Shown: one piece after another, positions 61,832-64,000 of the stretch
Position numbering within the stretch: position 1 is the stretch's first letter
Layout of the letters: every line of letters begins with the position of its first letter
NCBI GenBank assembly: GCA_046330895.1
Contig: JAXLRY010000016.1
Location: 32,273-96,272, forward strand
Direction of reading: 5' to 3'
Source of the DNA: Mycobacterium sp.
GTDB lineage: Bacteria; Actinomycetota; Actinomycetes; Mycobacteriales; Mycobacteriaceae
DNA length: 64,000 bases
Translations under genes and position numbers: made by a program
The notes under the pieces: generated by a model
What the model saw: the letters and a program-made list of their open reading frames with translations, nothing else
The model's database searches: none
What the model was told of the DNA's origin: nothing

Positions 61832-63173
61832 CTCGCGCCGGCACCCGCAGCTCCTGGCGACAATCGTCGCCCTTGTTGCGGTCGCCGGCCTGGCCGCCAG
61901 CTGCGCACCGACGCCCGCGCCACCGGCCAACGCCGGCGCGGGCGTGCACATCGACACCAACACCCCGCAAGGGGTTCGGGCCAAGCAAGTCATGGACATG
62001 CTGAACTCCGACTGGCCGATCGGCACCAACGGCGTGAAAACCATGGCCGGCCCGAACATGCTCGACGCCATCACCACCACCATGGACGGACTGTGGTGGG
62101 ACCGTCCCTACACGCTGACGGCCGTCGAGATCGGCGCCGGGGTGGCCAGACTGCACCTGCTGTCGTCCTACGGCGCACGCCAGGACATCGACCTCCGCAT
62201 CAACGACCAGGCGATGGTGACCCGATTCGTCGTCACCACCGAAAAGCCCCCGATTCACTCCTGGCAGGACGTCGACGCCGTGCTGAGCCGGACGGGTGCC
62301 CGCTACTCCTACCAGGTCTCCAAAGTCGACGACGGCCGCTGCACGAAGGTCGCCGGAACCAACACCACCGAATCCCTCCCTCTCGCATCGATATTCAAGA
62401 CCTACGTGCTGTACGCGGTCGAAGATGCGGTGCTTGCGGGCACGCTTTCCTGGGACGACAAGCTGACGATCACGACCGAGGACAAGAAGCTCGGATCGTC
62501 CGGATTCGACAAGCTTCCCGCCGGCTCACAGATCACCGTCCGGCAGGCCGCCGGGAAGATGATCTCGACGAGCGACAACATGGCCACCGACCTGCTGATC
62601 GGGCGGCTCGGCATACACGCCATCGAGCAGGCCCTGGTGCACGCCGGCCACCACGACCCGGCAAGCATGACCCCCTTCCCCACCATGCGCGAGATCTTCG
62701 CCATCGGCTGGGGCAAACCCGACGTTCGGGAGCAATGGAAGAACGCGTCAACGTCCCAGCAGCGGGGCGCGCTTCTGCAGGAAGCCAATTCCCGTCCCTA
62801 CGAACCAGATCCGGAACGCACGCACGCGCCCGGTTCGGCCTACCACGCCGAATGGTACGGCGATGCCGAAGACATCTGCCGCGTGCACGCCGGACTGCAG
62901 CACAACGCCGTCGGGCCCGCCTCGCCCGTGAAAGACATCATGTCGGAGATCCCGGGTATCGACCTCAACCGCAGCGACTGGCCGTACATCGGTGCGAAGG
63001 CCGGCAACCTACCCGGCGATCTGACATTCAGCTGGTACGCCGTGGACAAGACCGGGCAGGCCTGGGTGGTCAGCTTCCAACTCAACTGGCCGCGATACCA
63101 CAGCCCCAACGCGGGCGGCTGGGTGATGACCATCATCAAGCAGGTGTTCGCCATGCTGCCTAATTACCGGTGA
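61806..63173 (+). CDS. lpqF: Serine hydrolase / beta-lactamase-like lipoprotein LpqF
   Basis: Lipobox LAASC, SIFK (SxxK), SDN, KAG; start codon uncertain. Confidence 0.85.
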   Translation: MRGLTQRHSSRRHPQLLATIVALVAVAGLAASCAPTPAPPANAGAGVHIDTNTPQGVRAKQVMDMLNSDWPIGTNGVKTMAGPNMLDAITTTMDGLWWDRPYTLTAVEIGAGVARLHLLSSYGARQDIDLRINDQAMVTRFVVTTEKPPIHSWQDVDAVLSRTGARYSYQVSKVDDGRCTKVAGTNTTESLPLASIFKTYVLYAVEDAVLAGTLSWDDKLTITTEDKKLGSSGFDKLPAGSQITVRQAAGKMISTSDNMATDLLIGRLGIHAIEQALVHAGHHDPASMTPFPTMREIFAIGWGKPDVREQWKNASTSQQRGALLQEANSRPYEPDPERTHAPGSAYHAEWYGDAEDICRVHAGLQHNAVGPASPVKDIMSEIPGIDLNRSDWPYIGAKAGNLPGDLTFSWYAVDKTGQAWVVSFQLNWPRYHSPNAGGWVMTIIKQVFAMLPNYR

Positions 63174-63745
63174 TCGCCTGACCTCAGGGACCACATCCGG
63201 TCGCGGTAGTGCAGTGTCGTACGACTCGCGGGTTCGATATCGATGCGCCAGAAGGACTTCGGTGGCGCATCGAGTGCCACCAGTATCGCTGCGCGGACGA
63301 TGGCCGGGTGGACGACTGCCATGACGCGCCGTGGGGTTTGACTCACGTCTTCGAGCCAGGCGCGGACTCGTGCAATCAATGCCGTTATGGATTCGCCGCC
63401 GTGGGGGTTCGCGGCCGGGACGCTCAGGAATTCAGCAAGAGCGTCGGACGGCACCGCGGCCGCCAGTTGCCCTCGCCACCGCCCACAGTCCACATCGCAC
63501 AGCCGGGGGTCGACTTGGGCGTCCAGATCGAGCAGTTCCGCTGTCTGGCGGGTGCGCTCCTCGGGCGAGCAGACGCTCAGGTCCGCGACACGCCGCTGTG
63601 TAGGGGACCTGAGCGTCTGCTCGGCCAGGGAAGCGCACTGGCGGACGCCCAGAGCATTCAAAGCCTCGTTCGAAGGGAAACGCCCGGCCGCCATGGCGTC
63701 GGTCATGCCGTGCGACACCAGCGTCAGCCGGAGGACGTCCGTCAC
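63164..63745 (-). CDS. Histidine phosphatase family protein (CobC-like)
   Basis: LVSHGMT, SPEERTRQT, HGGES, VVHP. Confidence 0.8.
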   Translation of the reverse strand: MTDVLRLTLVSHGMTDAMAAGRFPSNEALNALGVRQCASLAEQTLRSPTQRRVADLSVCSPEERTRQTAELLDLDAQVDPRLCDVDCGRWRGQLAAAVPSDALAEFLSVPAANPHGGESITALIARVRAWLEDVSQTPRRVMAVVHPAIVRAAILVALDAPPKSFWRIDIEPASRTTLHYRDRMWSLRSGDHR

Positions 63746-64000
63746 GCAGCGATGCGCTCACGATCCGAATTGAGGAGCCGATCCAACAGCGCGCCACCCA
63801 GCAACCCGATGGTCAACCAGATCACCAGCTGTGTGCCCACCGCATACAGCCGGAACTCGAACAGGTCGTCGGCCGCAAACCCCGGGAAGACCAGCACACC
63901 CGCGTCGTCGCTCAGCGGACCGGGGATCTCCGAAACCGTCGGCAACACCAGCATCGCCACGCCGACAGCCGCCGCGTAGGCACCCAGCCCGCACAACGTC
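63742..64000 (-). CDS. cbtA: CbtA-family cobalt transporter subunit, 3' end only
   Basis: LPTVSEIPGPL...FPGFAADDLFEFRL..GTQLVIW; stop overlaps the phosphatase start (GTGA). Confidence 0.7.
   Translation of the reverse strand, partial: TLCGLGAYAAAVGVAMLVLPTVSEIPGPLSDDAGVLVFPGFAADDLFEFRLYAVGTQLVIWLTIGLLGGALLDRLLNSDRERIAA

Overview
High-GC window from a non-tuberculous, probably rapid-growing Mycobacterium/Mycolicibacterium. Bases ~1-43,100 are the conserved cholesterol/steroid catabolic cluster, syntenic with M. tuberculosis Rv3536c-Rv3574: hsaE (5' end), kstD, hsd4B, ltp2-chsH1-chsH2-fadE29-fadE28-cyp125, fadA5, ddn, the KstR2 regulon (echA20, ipdABC, fadA6, kstR2, ipdF, fadE30, fadD3, fadE31-33), aspB, hsaABCD, kshB, fadE34 and kstR. 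KstR and KstR2 operators are readable in the sequence. The rest is the Rv3577-Rv3593 core: otsB, a Zur-boxed metal ABC transporter, pxpA, rlmB, cysS, ispF, ispD, carD, lpqE, radA, disA, canB, mutY, mhuD, lpqF and the start of a cobalamin block. Accessory inserts are a leaderless SatD-family gene behind an AT-rich operator-like patch, two tandem secreted CocE/NonD hydrolases, an NsrR-flavohemoglobin module, an MFS transporter and a secreted thermolysin-like M4 protease. No tRNA, rRNA, CRISPR array, transposase or prophage was seen. The most unusual signals are four. (1) Two tiny tandem repeats with 3n+2 unit lengths (26 bp, 20 bp) form chains of ATGA-overlapping mini-ORFs between ipdA/ipdB and cysS/rlmB, a miniature MIRU-like layout. 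(2) Single-base frameshifts hit fadE30 and fadE33, reported as the two subunits of one enzyme, and also the MFS gene; these may be assembly errors. (3) Seven REP-like hairpins of different internal sequence all measure 56-58 bp between CGA...TCG ends, and two of them share an extra conserved flank. (4) Several in-frame micro-duplications occur, including a 30-bp repeat inside ispD. All assignments rest on recalled motifs and synteny; no database search was run.
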